Notes under the pieces: generated by a model
The model's database searches: none
Told to the model about the DNA's origin: nothing
What the model saw: only the letters and a program-made list of their open reading frames with translations
Part shown: piece by piece, positions 18,924 to 27,873 of the stretch
Layout of the letters: every line of letters starts with the position of its first letter
Numbering within the stretch: the stretch's first letter is position 1
Made by a program: the position numbers and the translations under genes
NCBI GenBank assembly: GCA_000999095.1
Contig: LCFP01000001.1
Coordinates: forward strand, 205,680-269,679
Length of the DNA: 64,000 nt
Source of the DNA: Candidatus Gottesmanbacteria bacterium GW2011_GWA2_43_14
Lineage (GTDB): Bacteria; Patescibacteriota; Microgenomatia; 2-02-FULL-39-11
Reading direction: 5' to 3'

Positions 18924-19021
18924 TTTATATTTTCACCTCCTTCCGTTGTATAGTCATAGATAGCCAGGTTCTGCCTAGAACAGCCCGGTTTTCTATTTTT
19001 ATAAAGCCAATATTCAATCCA

Positions 19022-19063
19022 ATAAAAAAGAGGTAATCCCCGATTTAAATCGTGGATTACCTC
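19022..19063 (-). terminator. rho-independent terminator of the 19117..19380 gene
   Basis: GAGGTAATCC / GGATTACCTC 10-bp stem with CGATTTAAATCG-containing loop, followed on the minus strand by TTTTTTATT. Confidence 0.6.
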
Positions 19064-19116
19064 CGTTTGCGGTCGGTATCTTTAATCCCGACTAAGTCGG
19101 GACTAGATATTAAATT

Positions 19117-19380
19117 TTACAGATCCTTGATGCTGTGACTTGTTTTCTTGATATTTCTTTCAGTTATTTGCGTGACCTTGAAATCCTGCACGTAAATCTC
19201 CACGGACCCCCATCCGCGTACATTTTTTATGGCGTTTTTAAGTTCGTCCAGTAAATTTTTACCGATTTTCTTTGTTGAATAGTCGACCATTTTTTTCAGT
19301 TTGCTGTCAGAGCAGATAGCGTTTCTTCGGGGCAAGTTTTGGGGCAGCCAAAGATCGGGGCAGATCAGGTCAAACTCCAA
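19117..19380 (-). CDS. small protein, DUF2292 (YezD)-like
   Basis: GWGSVEIYVQDFKVTQITERN resembles the GSV.I.I.DG.V.QIE motif of YezD-family proteins. Followed by a rho-independent terminator. Confidence 0.35.
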   Translation of the reverse strand: MEFDLICPDLWLPQNLPRRNAICSDSKLKKMVDYSTKKIGKNLLDELKNAIKNVRGWGSVEIYVQDFKVTQITERNIKKTSHSIKDL

Positions 19381-19409
19381 AGCATCATATATAAACTCAT
19401 TTATTTATG

Positions 19410-20018
19410 TCAAGAGGGAAAAGTTATATCGACCTCTTCCTTTTTCCCGTCGATTACCCCAACCAGCAGCTTAAATTTCTTCTCTGTTTGTGAAATAACA
19501 AAGCCGATCCGGTCAACCCTGGTGGAAATGGCAGCTACCGGCACCAGGTTATTATGAAGGTCAGGCGCGTATTTTGTCTCCGCATTATCGCCGATTGTCA
19601 GTCGGACCAAATCTCCGGGCAATATATTCAGGGGAGTGGTCGAATCATTGGTCAAATCGAGATTAACGATCAGAAACAGTTTGTCATTTCTGGCCGTGAA
19701 AGTTTTATCCTGAACCATAACCTGGTTTGTTTTTTCCACTCTGCTTATCTTAAATTTTATTTTGTCGCTGACTTCCTTGCCCTGGTTGTTGATTCCGGGA
19801 AACTCAAAACTGCGGGCAACATCGACGGTCTGAGTGGCTGCTTTGGCCGATGAGGCGGATTTTTTCAGGGAAAAGAAATTAAAAAAGCCGATAACGGCCA
19901 GGGTCAGGGCAATTGCAATAAACAGTTTTTTCTTCTTTTGAATTTTTTCCGTTAGTTTTTTCTTCCAGCCGTTTTTAAACATATTCATGTTCATAAATAT
20001 ATAGATTAAAAAAACCAA
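19410..20018 (-). CDS. membrane-anchored hypothetical protein (single N-terminal TM, beta-rich ectodomain)
   Basis: KKKKLFIAIALTLAVIGFFNFF TM segment. No recognised catalytic motif. Confidence 0.45.
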   Translation of the reverse strand: MVFLIYIFMNMNMFKNGWKKKLTEKIQKKKKLFIAIALTLAVIGFFNFFSLKKSASSAKAATQTVDVARSFEFPGINNQGKEVSDKIKFKISRVEKTNQVMVQDKTFTARNDKLFLIVNLDLTNDSTTPLNILPGDLVRLTIGDNAETKYAPDLHNNLVPVAAISTRVDRIGFVISQTEKKFKLLVGVIDGKKEEVDITFPS

Positions 20019-20115
20019 AGCTTTTCAGGGCTTTGGGCAGTGTGATCAATATACATTCTGGCAAATTATTTGTCAAGAATCTTTTTGATGTGACGCTGTT
20101 TCCCGATTTTTATCC

Positions 20116-20148
20116 ACAAAAAAGAACCCCGACTTAATCGGGGTTCTT
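20116..20148 (-). terminator. rho-independent terminator of the 20180..20779 gene
   Basis: GAACCCCGA / TCGGGGTTC stem, loop CTTAA, then a T6 run on the minus strand. Confidence 0.6.
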
Positions 20149-20179
20149 TCGTAACATCCAACAGTAATACCGGTAAAAA

Positions 20180-20779
20180 TTAAGGTCCTACTGTAATGCT
20201 TGATGTATTGGCAACAGTCGTTACTATTGTCGTTGAGCTGGCGTTGCCGGTAGAAATTCCACCATCAACTTTAGTATTGTAACTGGTTACATTTTCACCT
20301 GAATTAGCACTCGATGAAATATTATTAACGACTCTGGCATCCTGTCTATTGTTAACTCTTATTTCCTGAGTATCAACTACAACTGCAATATTTTTAGATT
20401 TATAACCAGTCTGGTCAATTTTGACTGTCGTATCTTCATCACAACCACAACCGTTAACTTCTATAGTTGAATCATTTACCTGAGTCAAAACATCAGTAGT
20501 AGAAGTTGCATCACCAGTCCCGACATCGCCTAATACTTTTGTATTATATTCAACTTTATTTTTGCCCGAATTCACATTTGACGTCACGTTATTAGTGACA
20601 GTGGCGTTCTGCGGGTTACTGACTGTTGTTCTTCTTAATTTGACGATGGCACCTATATTCCAGGATTCGGCACCGGTATCAATAATCCTAACAGTATTGG
20701 CAGCAAATGACGGAGAAGCGCTTGCCAAAAATATGGCGGTACCGAAAGCTGCACTGATTATTTTTTTCATATACTTCAC
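20180..20779 (-). CDS. secreted protein with two copies of the N/T/G-rich repeat (shortest family member)
   Basis: Signal peptide. ATVTNNVTSNVNSGKNKVEYNTKVLGDVGTGDATSTT and ARVVNNISSSANSGENVTSYNTKVDGGISTGNASSTT. RBS GGAGGTGAAGTAT before the ATG. Terminator hairpin downstream. Confidence 0.65.
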   Translation of the reverse strand: MKYMKKIISAAFGTAIFLASASPSFAANTVRIIDTGAESWNIGAIVKLRRTTVSNPQNATVTNNVTSNVNSGKNKVEYNTKVLGDVGTGDATSTTDVLTQVNDSTIEVNGCGCDEDTTVKIDQTGYKSKNIAVVVDTQEIRVNNRQDARVVNNISSSANSGENVTSYNTKVDGGISTGNASSTTIVTTVANTSSITVGP

Positions 20780-21067
20780 CTCCTTCCGGGCAGATAAGTT
20801 ATCCCGATTAAATCGGGATTATGCATTTCTAAGCCTCATTTCATTTCAGCAAGAACTGCATAAAAAAACACCCGTCGGTCTTCCCGCTTTGGGGAAAACA
20901 AACGAGCGCATAATAACGGCAGTTGGCAGTTGGCAGTTCATCAGATAACAAAAAAAGCAATCCAAAAAATGGATTGCTTCCGAGTGCGGTCAGCAAATAT
21001 CTGTTATATCTACGTTAGATTAACTGCCGGCCTTTTGTCAAGTCCCTTGTGCTTATATTGCGCCGCT

Positions 21068-21076
21068 GGTATACTC
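21068..21076 (+). promoter_or_regulatory. candidate extended -10 element TGGTATACT upstream of the 21095 membrane-protein gene
   Basis: Same 9-mer as upstream of prfB. No obvious SD between it and the ATG. Confidence 0.25.
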
Positions 21077-21094
21077 TCTGGGATAATTAGAGCC

Positions 21095-22525
21095 ATGCAG
21101 CAACTTAAATCAATTGCCGAAGTTTTTCTTAAAAACTGCCTGCCGTACCTGGTTGTCTTTCTGATGGCCCTGTACCCGTCAAGCGATACGGACCTGGGCT
21201 GGCATCTGAAGTACGGCGAATACCTGGTGCAAAACGGACGGATATTAAGGGAAAATATCCACTCCCTGGAAATGACTGACTATCAATGGATCAACAGTTC
21301 CTGGGCCATAGACGGAATTACCTACCTTATATATAACAGCTGGGGCTTTCTTGGCCTGACCCTGGCAGGAGCCGTGACCGTTACCCTGATCCTTTTTTTT
21401 GTCGGCAAAGCCGCCGGCATGACTTTCTGGGAGAAAGCGGTCTTTTTCCCACTGCTGACGGTTATTGAAGAACCCCTCTTCCAGGTATCATTCCGCGGAC
21501 AGCTCTTAAGCCTTTTGTTTGTCTCCATGCTTATTTATCTGCTAAGCCGCTACAACAGGATAAAAGACAGGCGGATTCTATGGGTAATTCCTCTTTTCAT
21601 CCTCTGGTCCAATCTGCACGGCAGCTTTCTTCTTGGTATCGGTATTATTTTCATATACAGCCTGGTCGCATTAATTAAGTATAAGCGACCGGATAAAACC
21701 TTATCCCTCGTCGGACTGGCAGCTGCGGCGTCCTCTTTGATCAATCCCTTCGGCTGGCAAATCTATGCGGAAACCTGGAAACATTTCGGCAACCCGTTTC
21801 AGAAATATATCATCGAATGGGTGCCGTTCCCGGTTTTTTCAGAGGTCTGGTGGACGCTGGTTTTTTGGGGCCTGTTTTTAATCGCCAATGTCTGGTATCT
21901 CCATCGCAAGAAAAAACTTTCTTCCTCCTGGGAAATTCTTATTATCTCTGCCGTTTTGTTTCTGCTATCCAGTTGGATGAAGCGCTATGCCTGGACAATG
22001 TACCTTGTATCTGCCCCTTTGGCCGTTCATCTGGTCAAAAGCATCAAGCCGACCGACCGGGTTCTGAAAATACTTTTGCCGTCCCTTATCCTCTTCTTTT
22101 TCTATCTCTCAGCTATCTTCAGCCTGCCGTCCAAACGACTGACGGCCATGAATTGGCAAAGATATTGCAGCGAGTATCTGTTTTGCTCTGACGAATCGGC
22201 CGAATATCTGCTAGGTCTAAATTCCCGGGAAAAACGGCTGACATTCTATAATTGGGGAGGCTGGCTGATCTGGAATTATCCGGACCTCAAGCCATCCATT
22301 GACGGCCGGATGCATTTATGGCGTGATGAAAACAATTACAGCGCCTTCGGGAAATACTTTTTTCTGGAACAGAATGTCACCGATATCGACAAATCCGAAT
22401 ACGACCTGGTTTTTATAACGGTCAATAAGCCGCTTTACCTGAGACTTGCCGCACTGGCTGAAAGCGGCAAATGGCAAATGCTCTATAAAGACGAGAGAGC
22501 GGGGATTTTTGTTAGAAATAAGTAA
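21095..22525 (+). CDS. large polytopic membrane protein, GT-C-like (putative glycosyltransferase/polymerase), unknown specificity
   Basis: At least 10 predicted TM helices. Conserved-looking N-terminal SSDTDLGWHLKYGEY. I chose the start at MQQLKS (21095) rather than the upstream ORF-track start. Confidence 0.5.
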   Translation: MQQLKSIAEVFLKNCLPYLVVFLMALYPSSDTDLGWHLKYGEYLVQNGRILRENIHSLEMTDYQWINSSWAIDGITYLIYNSWGFLGLTLAGAVTVTLILFFVGKAAGMTFWEKAVFFPLLTVIEEPLFQVSFRGQLLSLLFVSMLIYLLSRYNRIKDRRILWVIPLFILWSNLHGSFLLGIGIIFIYSLVALIKYKRPDKTLSLVGLAAAASSLINPFGWQIYAETWKHFGNPFQKYIIEWVPFPVFSEVWWTLVFWGLFLIANVWYLHRKKKLSSSWEILIISAVLFLLSSWMKRYAWTMYLVSAPLAVHLVKSIKPTDRVLKILLPSLILFFFYLSAIFSLPSKRLTAMNWQRYCSEYLFCSDESAEYLLGLNSREKRLTFYNWGGWLIWNYPDLKPSIDGRMHLWRDENNYSAFGKYFFLEQNVTDIDKSEYDLVFITVNKPLYLRLAALAESGKWQMLYKDERAGIFVRNK

Positions 22526-22553
22526 GGAATAGTCCTTATAAATCGGTGCGTTG

Positions 22554-23930
22554 TCACTGACAGTACTGCGGGCGGAAACGGCACCACCAGGGCGTCGGAG
22601 TCGGATTTGCTGTAACAGGTGTCGGAGTAGGGGTAAAGGAAGGAAGAGGCGTCGGGGAAGGAGTAGATGTAGAAGAAGGAATAAGAGTCGGAGCGGGGGT
22701 AAAGGTGGGAGTCGGTATTTCAGTCGGAGTGCTACTTGGCAGGTAAGCTGTAACTTCCTTCAAACTGTTTAAGGCATTAATTCTACCGTAAGTCCAATAA
22801 TTGCCTGTTTGGGCAATTTTATCCGCGTTCTGATAAATATTATCAACAATCTCTGTATGGGTTAAATTTCCGGCTGACTTAAGCAAAGCGGCTAGTCCTG
22901 AAACAAAGGGCGTAGCCATGGATGTTCCTGAAAGATAAGCGTAGTTATATATTTTTAGCTTATTTGTATGGTTGGGAGCCGTTGAGTATATTGAAACGCC
23001 CGGTGCCGCAATATCTACCCAATGACCGTAATTGGAAAATGGGGCTTTTTGATCGTTACTGTCTGTGGCGGCCACGGCCACGGCATTTGAGTAATAAGCC
23101 GGATATGAGGGAGAGCTGGAATTGGAGTTGCCGGCGGCGGCCACAACAACAACTCCTTTATTCCAGGCATAATTGACGGCATCCTCTAAAATCTGTGATG
23201 AAGATACGCCGCCGAGACTTAAATTGATGACTGAAGCGTCGTTATCGGCAGCCCAGATAAGGCAGTTGGCAATCCAGGAATAATAGCCGGAGCCGTTATC
23301 GCCCAATCCTTTGGCATTTATCAGTCTGACGTTATAACCTGTTCCGGCAACTCCTTTACTATTATTGGTCGCCGCCGCAGCGATACCGGCCACATGCGTA
23401 CCGTGTCCGTACCGGTCATCAACTGTCGAACTATTACTGCAGTTTCTGTTTTTAGCAATTTTGCCGATCAAATCAGTATGGTTCTGATCTATACCGGTAT
23501 CAAGTACGGCCAGCAAAACATCCGGAGTTCCATGGCTGTAATTCCAGGCTGATTCGCCCGGATCGCTTGCCCTGATTTTGGACAAGCCCCACTGTTTGGA
23601 GGTATAGGGATCATTGGTTGTTTCTAATGCAAAAGCCAGGTTATCTTTTTCGGCATAAAGTACTAAATTATGTTTATTTAAAACATCCAGTAATTTGTTA
23701 AAAAGAGGCTGAGGAACCTCAAAAACTTCAGCGTTTAAATTATCAATTTTTTCAGGCAAAAGAGTACCGATCATCCGACGGATTTTAAATTTATCAGTAT
23801 TACCCGCCTGAGGTGTAAAACGGACTATTAAGCGTTCTTTTTGGGGATTATTTTGCGCAAAAGCTGTTGATGGTAAAAAAAACAGGACTATTAATGAAAC
23901 TATGGCAAATAAAGACTTGAGCAGGGCCAC
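22554..23930 (-). CDS. secreted subtilisin-like serine protease (S8) with N-terminal propeptide-like domain and C-terminal Pro/Thr-rich tail
   Basis: Catalytic D/H/S blocks: VLDTGID, HGTHVAGIAAA, GTSMATPFVSGLAALL. Signal peptide MALLKSLFAIVSLIVLFFLPSTAFA. Confidence 0.85.
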   Translation of the reverse strand: MALLKSLFAIVSLIVLFFLPSTAFAQNNPQKERLIVRFTPQAGNTDKFKIRRMIGTLLPEKIDNLNAEVFEVPQPLFNKLLDVLNKHNLVLYAEKDNLAFALETTNDPYTSKQWGLSKIRASDPGESAWNYSHGTPDVLLAVLDTGIDQNHTDLIGKIAKNRNCSNSSTVDDRYGHGTHVAGIAAAATNNSKGVAGTGYNVRLINAKGLGDNGSGYYSWIANCLIWAADNDASVINLSLGGVSSSQILEDAVNYAWNKGVVVVAAAGNSNSSSPSYPAYYSNAVAVAATDSNDQKAPFSNYGHWVDIAAPGVSIYSTAPNHTNKLKIYNYAYLSGTSMATPFVSGLAALLKSAGNLTHTEIVDNIYQNADKIAQTGNYWTYGRINALNSLKEVTAYLPSSTPTEIPTPTFTPAPTLIPSSTSTPSPTPLPSFTPTPTPVTANPTPTPWWCRFRPQYCQ

Positions 23931-23969
23931 TCTTTTAATATCATAACCCTTCTATCAATTAAAATATAT

Positions 23970-24278
23970 TCATTCATAGTCGGGAAGTACAATCTTATTT
24001 TTTTGACCGTTGACCGGAATTTTCAAAAACCAACCCAGGGTATTGGCTACCGTTGCCCCTACTTTCAAACCGGTATAGGAACCCGGCCCCCGGAAAAATT
24101 CTATGCCTTTAAGATCACTGATTTTTACCCCTGCTTCCCCCAGCAAGTCTTCAATAACACCCAGAAGCGCCTGTGAAGAAAAACCCCTTTCAGCCGTTTT
24201 CTCACGGACCTGTCCTTCGGCGGACTTAAGGCTGACTTTAACTTCATCGCGTTTGGCCGTATCAAGATATAAGATCAT
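23970..24278 (-). CDS. tsaB: tRNA t6A biosynthesis protein TsaB (YeaZ)-like, minimal 102-aa form
   Basis: MILYLDTA...FRGPGSYTGLKVGATVANTLGW matches the TsaB N-terminal ASKHA-fold motif (GPGSFTG-R-G). Confidence 0.65.
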   Translation of the reverse strand: MILYLDTAKRDEVKVSLKSAEGQVREKTAERGFSSQALLGVIEDLLGEAGVKISDLKGIEFFRGPGSYTGLKVGATVANTLGWFLKIPVNGQKNKIVLPDYE

Positions 24279-24858
24279 AATCTGAAATTTTAAGGCTGCC
24301 CTGTCTGAAAATTTTCCATGGAGAAACCGTGCAGTCTATAACCGTTGAGGCCATTCCTTCCCTGCACTGCCCTGGAATAACCAAATCAACCAGACTTGCC
24401 AGTTCCGGATCCAAGTCCTCCTGCCGGAATGGAGCAGGCTCCCCATGAAAATTGGCAGAAGGCCCCAATACCGGTACTCCGCTTCTTTTTATCAGTTCCA
24501 GAATAATTTTATTGTCAGGCATCCTCAGGCCGATTGTCCCGCCGACTCCCAGAACCGGGGGAGTGGCTTTATCCGTTTGTGCATAGTAAATGACGGTTAA
24601 AGCGCCCGGCCAGTATTTTTTCAGTAAATGTCGCACATTATTTGGAAGAGGGGAGCGGAAATAATTTTCAGCCATCCCGGGGCTTGAAACCAGGACGGGA
24701 ACAGCTTTATCCTGCGGTCTCTTCCTGACCCTGTACAATTTCTCAATTGCTTCCTGCCGGTCAATCCGACAGCCGATGCCGAATACCGTATCAGTCGGGA
24801 AAATAATCAGGCCTCCTTCCCTAAGGCGATTAACCGCATTATCAATTGTCGGGTCCAC
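24262..24858 (-). CDS. tsaC: L-threonylcarbamoyladenylate synthase (TsaC/YrdC/Sua5 family)
   Basis: GGLIIFPTDTVFGIGC...VRKRPQDKAVPVL is the YrdC signature. Confidence 0.85.
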   Translation of the reverse strand: MDPTIDNAVNRLREGGLIIFPTDTVFGIGCRIDRQEAIEKLYRVRKRPQDKAVPVLVSSPGMAENYFRSPLPNNVRHLLKKYWPGALTVIYYAQTDKATPPVLGVGGTIGLRMPDNKIILELIKRSGVPVLGPSANFHGEPAPFRQEDLDPELASLVDLVIPGQCREGMASTVIDCTVSPWKIFRQGSLKISDYDLIS

Positions 24859-25276
24859 TTATGGTTATCTCCCTTTCGTTACTTTCTTTAATGATAAAAG
24901 ATACTTCCAGACATTTCCGGGGTTTGTACCCGCCCAGTTTTTCCGCCCATTCAATAAATACCAGCGTATCTGGCTGATGCAAAAAATCTGCCAGTCCCAA
25001 AGCTTCAATTGACGGCTTATCTTCAAGCCTGTATAAATCGGCGTGCAGGAGATTTTTTACCGGCGGTTTGTTAAACCGGTAATGTCGCACAATAATGAAA
25101 GTAGGGGAGAGAACACGGGTTTTCGGTTTGAAATAATTGACAACCCCGGAGATAAAAGTAGTTTTGCCCGATCCCAGATTGCCGTAGAGACAAACCACTT
25201 CCCCGCCTTTAAGTCTTTTGGCAAATCCCCTGCCCAACTTATGTGTTTCTTCCTGGCTCTTACTGGTATATTTCAT
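24842..25276 (-). CDS. tsaE: tRNA t6A biosynthesis ATPase TsaE (YjeE)
   Basis: LYGNLGSGKTTFISGV P-loop, SPTFIIVRHY. I chose the start at the internal MKYTSK. Confidence 0.8.
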   Translation of the reverse strand: MKYTSKSQEETHKLGRGFAKRLKGGEVVCLYGNLGSGKTTFISGVVNYFKPKTRVLSPTFIIVRHYRFNKPPVKNLLHADLYRLEDKPSIEALGLADFLHQPDTLVFIEWAEKLGGYKPRKCLEVSFIIKESNEREITISGPDN

Positions 25277-25291
25277 ATATATTGAGTTAAT

Positions 25292-25789
25292 ATGGTATTT
25301 TATACCATGAATATACGGCCGGCCACTACTGATGACCTGGAAGGCATTGTCGCCCTGACTGAGGATCTGCTGGAAAACCACCTTGAATACGATCTGGAGT
25401 ATTTCGAATTGGCCGAGAGCCACAGACTCTATCTGGAAGATTGGGTTAAATACCACCTGGGTTCAACCAGTCAATTCATATTTGTCTCCGAAATAACTGC
25501 ATCCGGTAAAAAACCGGTTCTGACAGGTTATATTTCCGGCTATATTAAGCCTCTTTTCCCCTGGTTTAAGATAAAACAGGTCGGGCACCTTTCGTTTCTG
25601 GCTGTTGATAAACGATGGAGGAGGAAAGGAGTCGGAAATCTGTTGGAAGAAAAAGCCTCACTCTGGTTTAAGGAAAAAGACATAAAATATATTGAGGTTT
25701 ATACCAATGAAAAGAATTTCCCCGGACTGTCAGCCTGGACTTCATACGGCTACAAACCCTTTAACCGCTTCCTGCGCAAAAGCCTGTAG
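25292..25789 (+). CDS. GNAT-family N-acetyltransferase
   Basis: LAVDKRWRRKGVGNLLEE is the acetyl-CoA-binding motif (R/Q-x-x-G-x-G/A). Confidence 0.7.
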   Translation: MVFYTMNIRPATTDDLEGIVALTEDLLENHLEYDLEYFELAESHRLYLEDWVKYHLGSTSQFIFVSEITASGKKPVLTGYISGYIKPLFPWFKIKQVGHLSFLAVDKRWRRKGVGNLLEEKASLWFKEKDIKYIEVYTNEKNFPGLSAWTSYGYKPFNRFLRKSL

Positions 25790-26508
25790 CTTAGTGCGGC
25801 TGCCAGAAAAAATGACAGGATAGCAGGCAATAGAAACAAAAAAAGTGTCGGCTTGACCGGCTCTGATGAAATTCCCGCTACACTGGCTTCAGAAAATGAA
25901 GTAACCGCGTTTGCCGATCCCGTTGCTGTGGCTGTAACAATCTTAGTCGGCGTAATTTTGACTTTTACAGTAATTGTCGGGGACGGCATACTTAAAGTAG
26001 ACAAAGGTTTACCGGTATTGGTTGCTGCCGGTTTTTCGGTGGCGGCAGTTTTAGTCTTGCCTGGTACCGCAGTCGCCATAGGAGCGGTAGTCGGAGTCTT
26101 CGTTGGCAGGGCAACAACTACTTTCAGGGGAGATTGCCCGTCATCGGCTGAACTGCCGGATTCCGTATACCTGATGATTTTAAAAAGATATTCACCCGAT
26201 TCGCGGCAATCGGAGTCTTCAGGATCAATCCTGGCTTTAATTTCCGTTTTGGCTGAGCCGGAAGCGATGGTTACCGGTAACAATTGCTTCCAGCCGTCAG
26301 CTGAAGAATAGGGACCCTTAAACCAGGATTGTCCGTTCCAGGTATAGCCGCAATATTTGGCAGTGCCTTCCTTAAAAAAAGCTCCCCTTAAATAATAAAG
26401 AGTCCCGTCACTGCTGTTTATCTGAAGTTCACAAGTTGCAGTGAATTCCTGATCGCTCCGGTTTATTTCACTTGTGTCCGGTCCGCTTAAAATGATGTCT
26501 GCCATCAA
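25750..26508 (-). CDS. hypothetical surface protein with Thr/Pro/Ala-rich linker and C-terminal TM anchor + basic tail
   Basis: C-terminus FSEASVAGISSEPVKPTLFLFLLPAILSFFLAAALSYRLLRRKRLKGL. The N-terminal boundary is uncertain. Confidence 0.4.
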   Translation of the reverse strand: MMADIILSGPDTSEINRSDQEFTATCELQINSSDGTLYYLRGAFFKEGTAKYCGYTWNGQSWFKGPYSSADGWKQLLPVTIASGSAKTEIKARIDPEDSDCRESGEYLFKIIRYTESGSSADDGQSPLKVVVALPTKTPTTAPMATAVPGKTKTAATEKPAATNTGKPLSTLSMPSPTITVKVKITPTKIVTATATGSANAVTSFSEASVAGISSEPVKPTLFLFLLPAILSFFLAAALSYRLLRRKRLKGL

Positions 26509-26639
26509 CCCTAAGCATACTTCTCTTTACTAATTCGCGTAAAGAATAAAAGGCTTCATCCTAAATTTTTCGTGCTCGCGTCCCCATCCGGGATATCTGC
26601 GCGCGAAAAATTTGAGTTGAAGCCTAAAAAAGTTAGTCT

Positions 26640-27866
26640 CTATTGCAAGTGCCAGTAGAGGGTCATTTTGCCGTTTTCATGGAAGATAAAAACACCGTTG
26701 CCTGCCGATTGTCCGCCGCGGTATACGTATTTATTGCCGCCTTCAACAGACTTGATTAAAGTGTTTTTGTCGTCATACATATCGACTCCGTTGTGGATGC
26801 CGGACTGGTAACGCCAGGACCAGGGAGTATGGCCGTAACACTGGGAAATTGACGGACTATCCATCGGCCAGTCCCAGGACCCGGAGCCGATCGACTTTGA
26901 GGTTCTCTGGTCGGGCGAGACGTCGTCGCAGGCGGTTGCCTCGAAGCCCAACTCCCTGGATTTCAACAGGTTAAACGGATTCTCATAACCGCTGTTGAAA
27001 TTGAACTTATTCAAATCAGCTTCGTTCAGGTTGTATACAGCAAAATGCAGATGGGCACCGGTAGAAAACCCTGTGTTCCCCATGATGCCGATGACATCGC
27101 CTTTATTGATTTTGGTTGGTACCCCGGCCTGGGACAGAAGTGATGCAGCGCGCTGGATGCCTTCGGCTTCCCTCCTGGCCGCATCAAGTTCCTGGCGGTA
27201 GCGGGACTCGCTGCTTCTGGTAGTCTCCAAAAACAGCTCTTTTTCTTTTTTCTGCACCGCCAGGGTATTTTGTTCTTTTTCCAGCTGTTTTTTTGCCTGG
27301 TCAAGCTCCACTTTTTTATCTTCACGCTGCTGTTTCTGGTCTTTAAAATTTTCCTTGCTGTTCTGGAGCTGAAACAGCAGTTTTCTGTCATGCGCCTGGA
27401 CTTTCTGCATGTATTTGAAGCGGTTGACGAAATCGGAAAAACCGTTGGAAGAAAGAACCATAGTCAGATAGGATTTTTCCCCCAGCCTGTAGGTAGCGGC
27501 AATCCGGTCCAAAAGGACCTGGGAAATTTTTGTCAAAGAAGATTCCAGGCTGTCGATTTTTTCGGAAATCGTATCAATATCTTTTTCAATTTGCGCAATC
27601 TTACCCCTGGTAGCATCAATTTTCGCCGTAGTCAGCTGAATTGAAGTCGTCAGGTAAACAATTTGAGCTGCCATGTTCTGCCTTTGGGCGGAACAGACAT
27701 TGACGATGTCAGTATAACAGCTGACGCGTTCATTGGCCTCTGATTTATCTTTGCAGGGATCGTCGTTCGGACAGACAGACAATCCGTACACGCTCAAAGG
27801 AGTTAAAACCAGGTATATAAATACGACCGATAAGATCCTGAAAAGTTGAGTGGTTATTCTGGACAT
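26640..27866 (-). CDS. EnvC-like cell-division murein hydrolase / activator: signal-anchor, about 200-aa coiled coil, circularly permuted M23 (LytM) domain with intact metal ligands
   Basis: Heptad-rich KIAQIEKDIDTISEKIDSLESSLTK...QELDAARREAEGIQRA. Then KGDVIGIMGNTGFSTGAHLHFAVY (canonical C-terminal M23 block with HxH). Then WDWPM...QCYGH...HNGVDMYDD...GKMTLYWHLQ-stop (canonical N-terminal block with HxxxD and the YxHL histidine). It lies immediately downstream of ftsX. Confidence 0.75.
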   Translation of the reverse strand: MSRITTQLFRILSVVFIYLVLTPLSVYGLSVCPNDDPCKDKSEANERVSCYTDIVNVCSAQRQNMAAQIVYLTTSIQLTTAKIDATRGKIAQIEKDIDTISEKIDSLESSLTKISQVLLDRIAATYRLGEKSYLTMVLSSNGFSDFVNRFKYMQKVQAHDRKLLFQLQNSKENFKDQKQQREDKKVELDQAKKQLEKEQNTLAVQKKEKELFLETTRSSESRYRQELDAARREAEGIQRAASLLSQAGVPTKINKGDVIGIMGNTGFSTGAHLHFAVYNLNEADLNKFNFNSGYENPFNLLKSRELGFEATACDDVSPDQRTSKSIGSGSWDWPMDSPSISQCYGHTPWSWRYQSGIHNGVDMYDDKNTLIKSVEGGNKYVYRGGQSAGNGVFIFHENGKMTLYWHLQ

Positions 27867-27873
27867 CTTTAGG

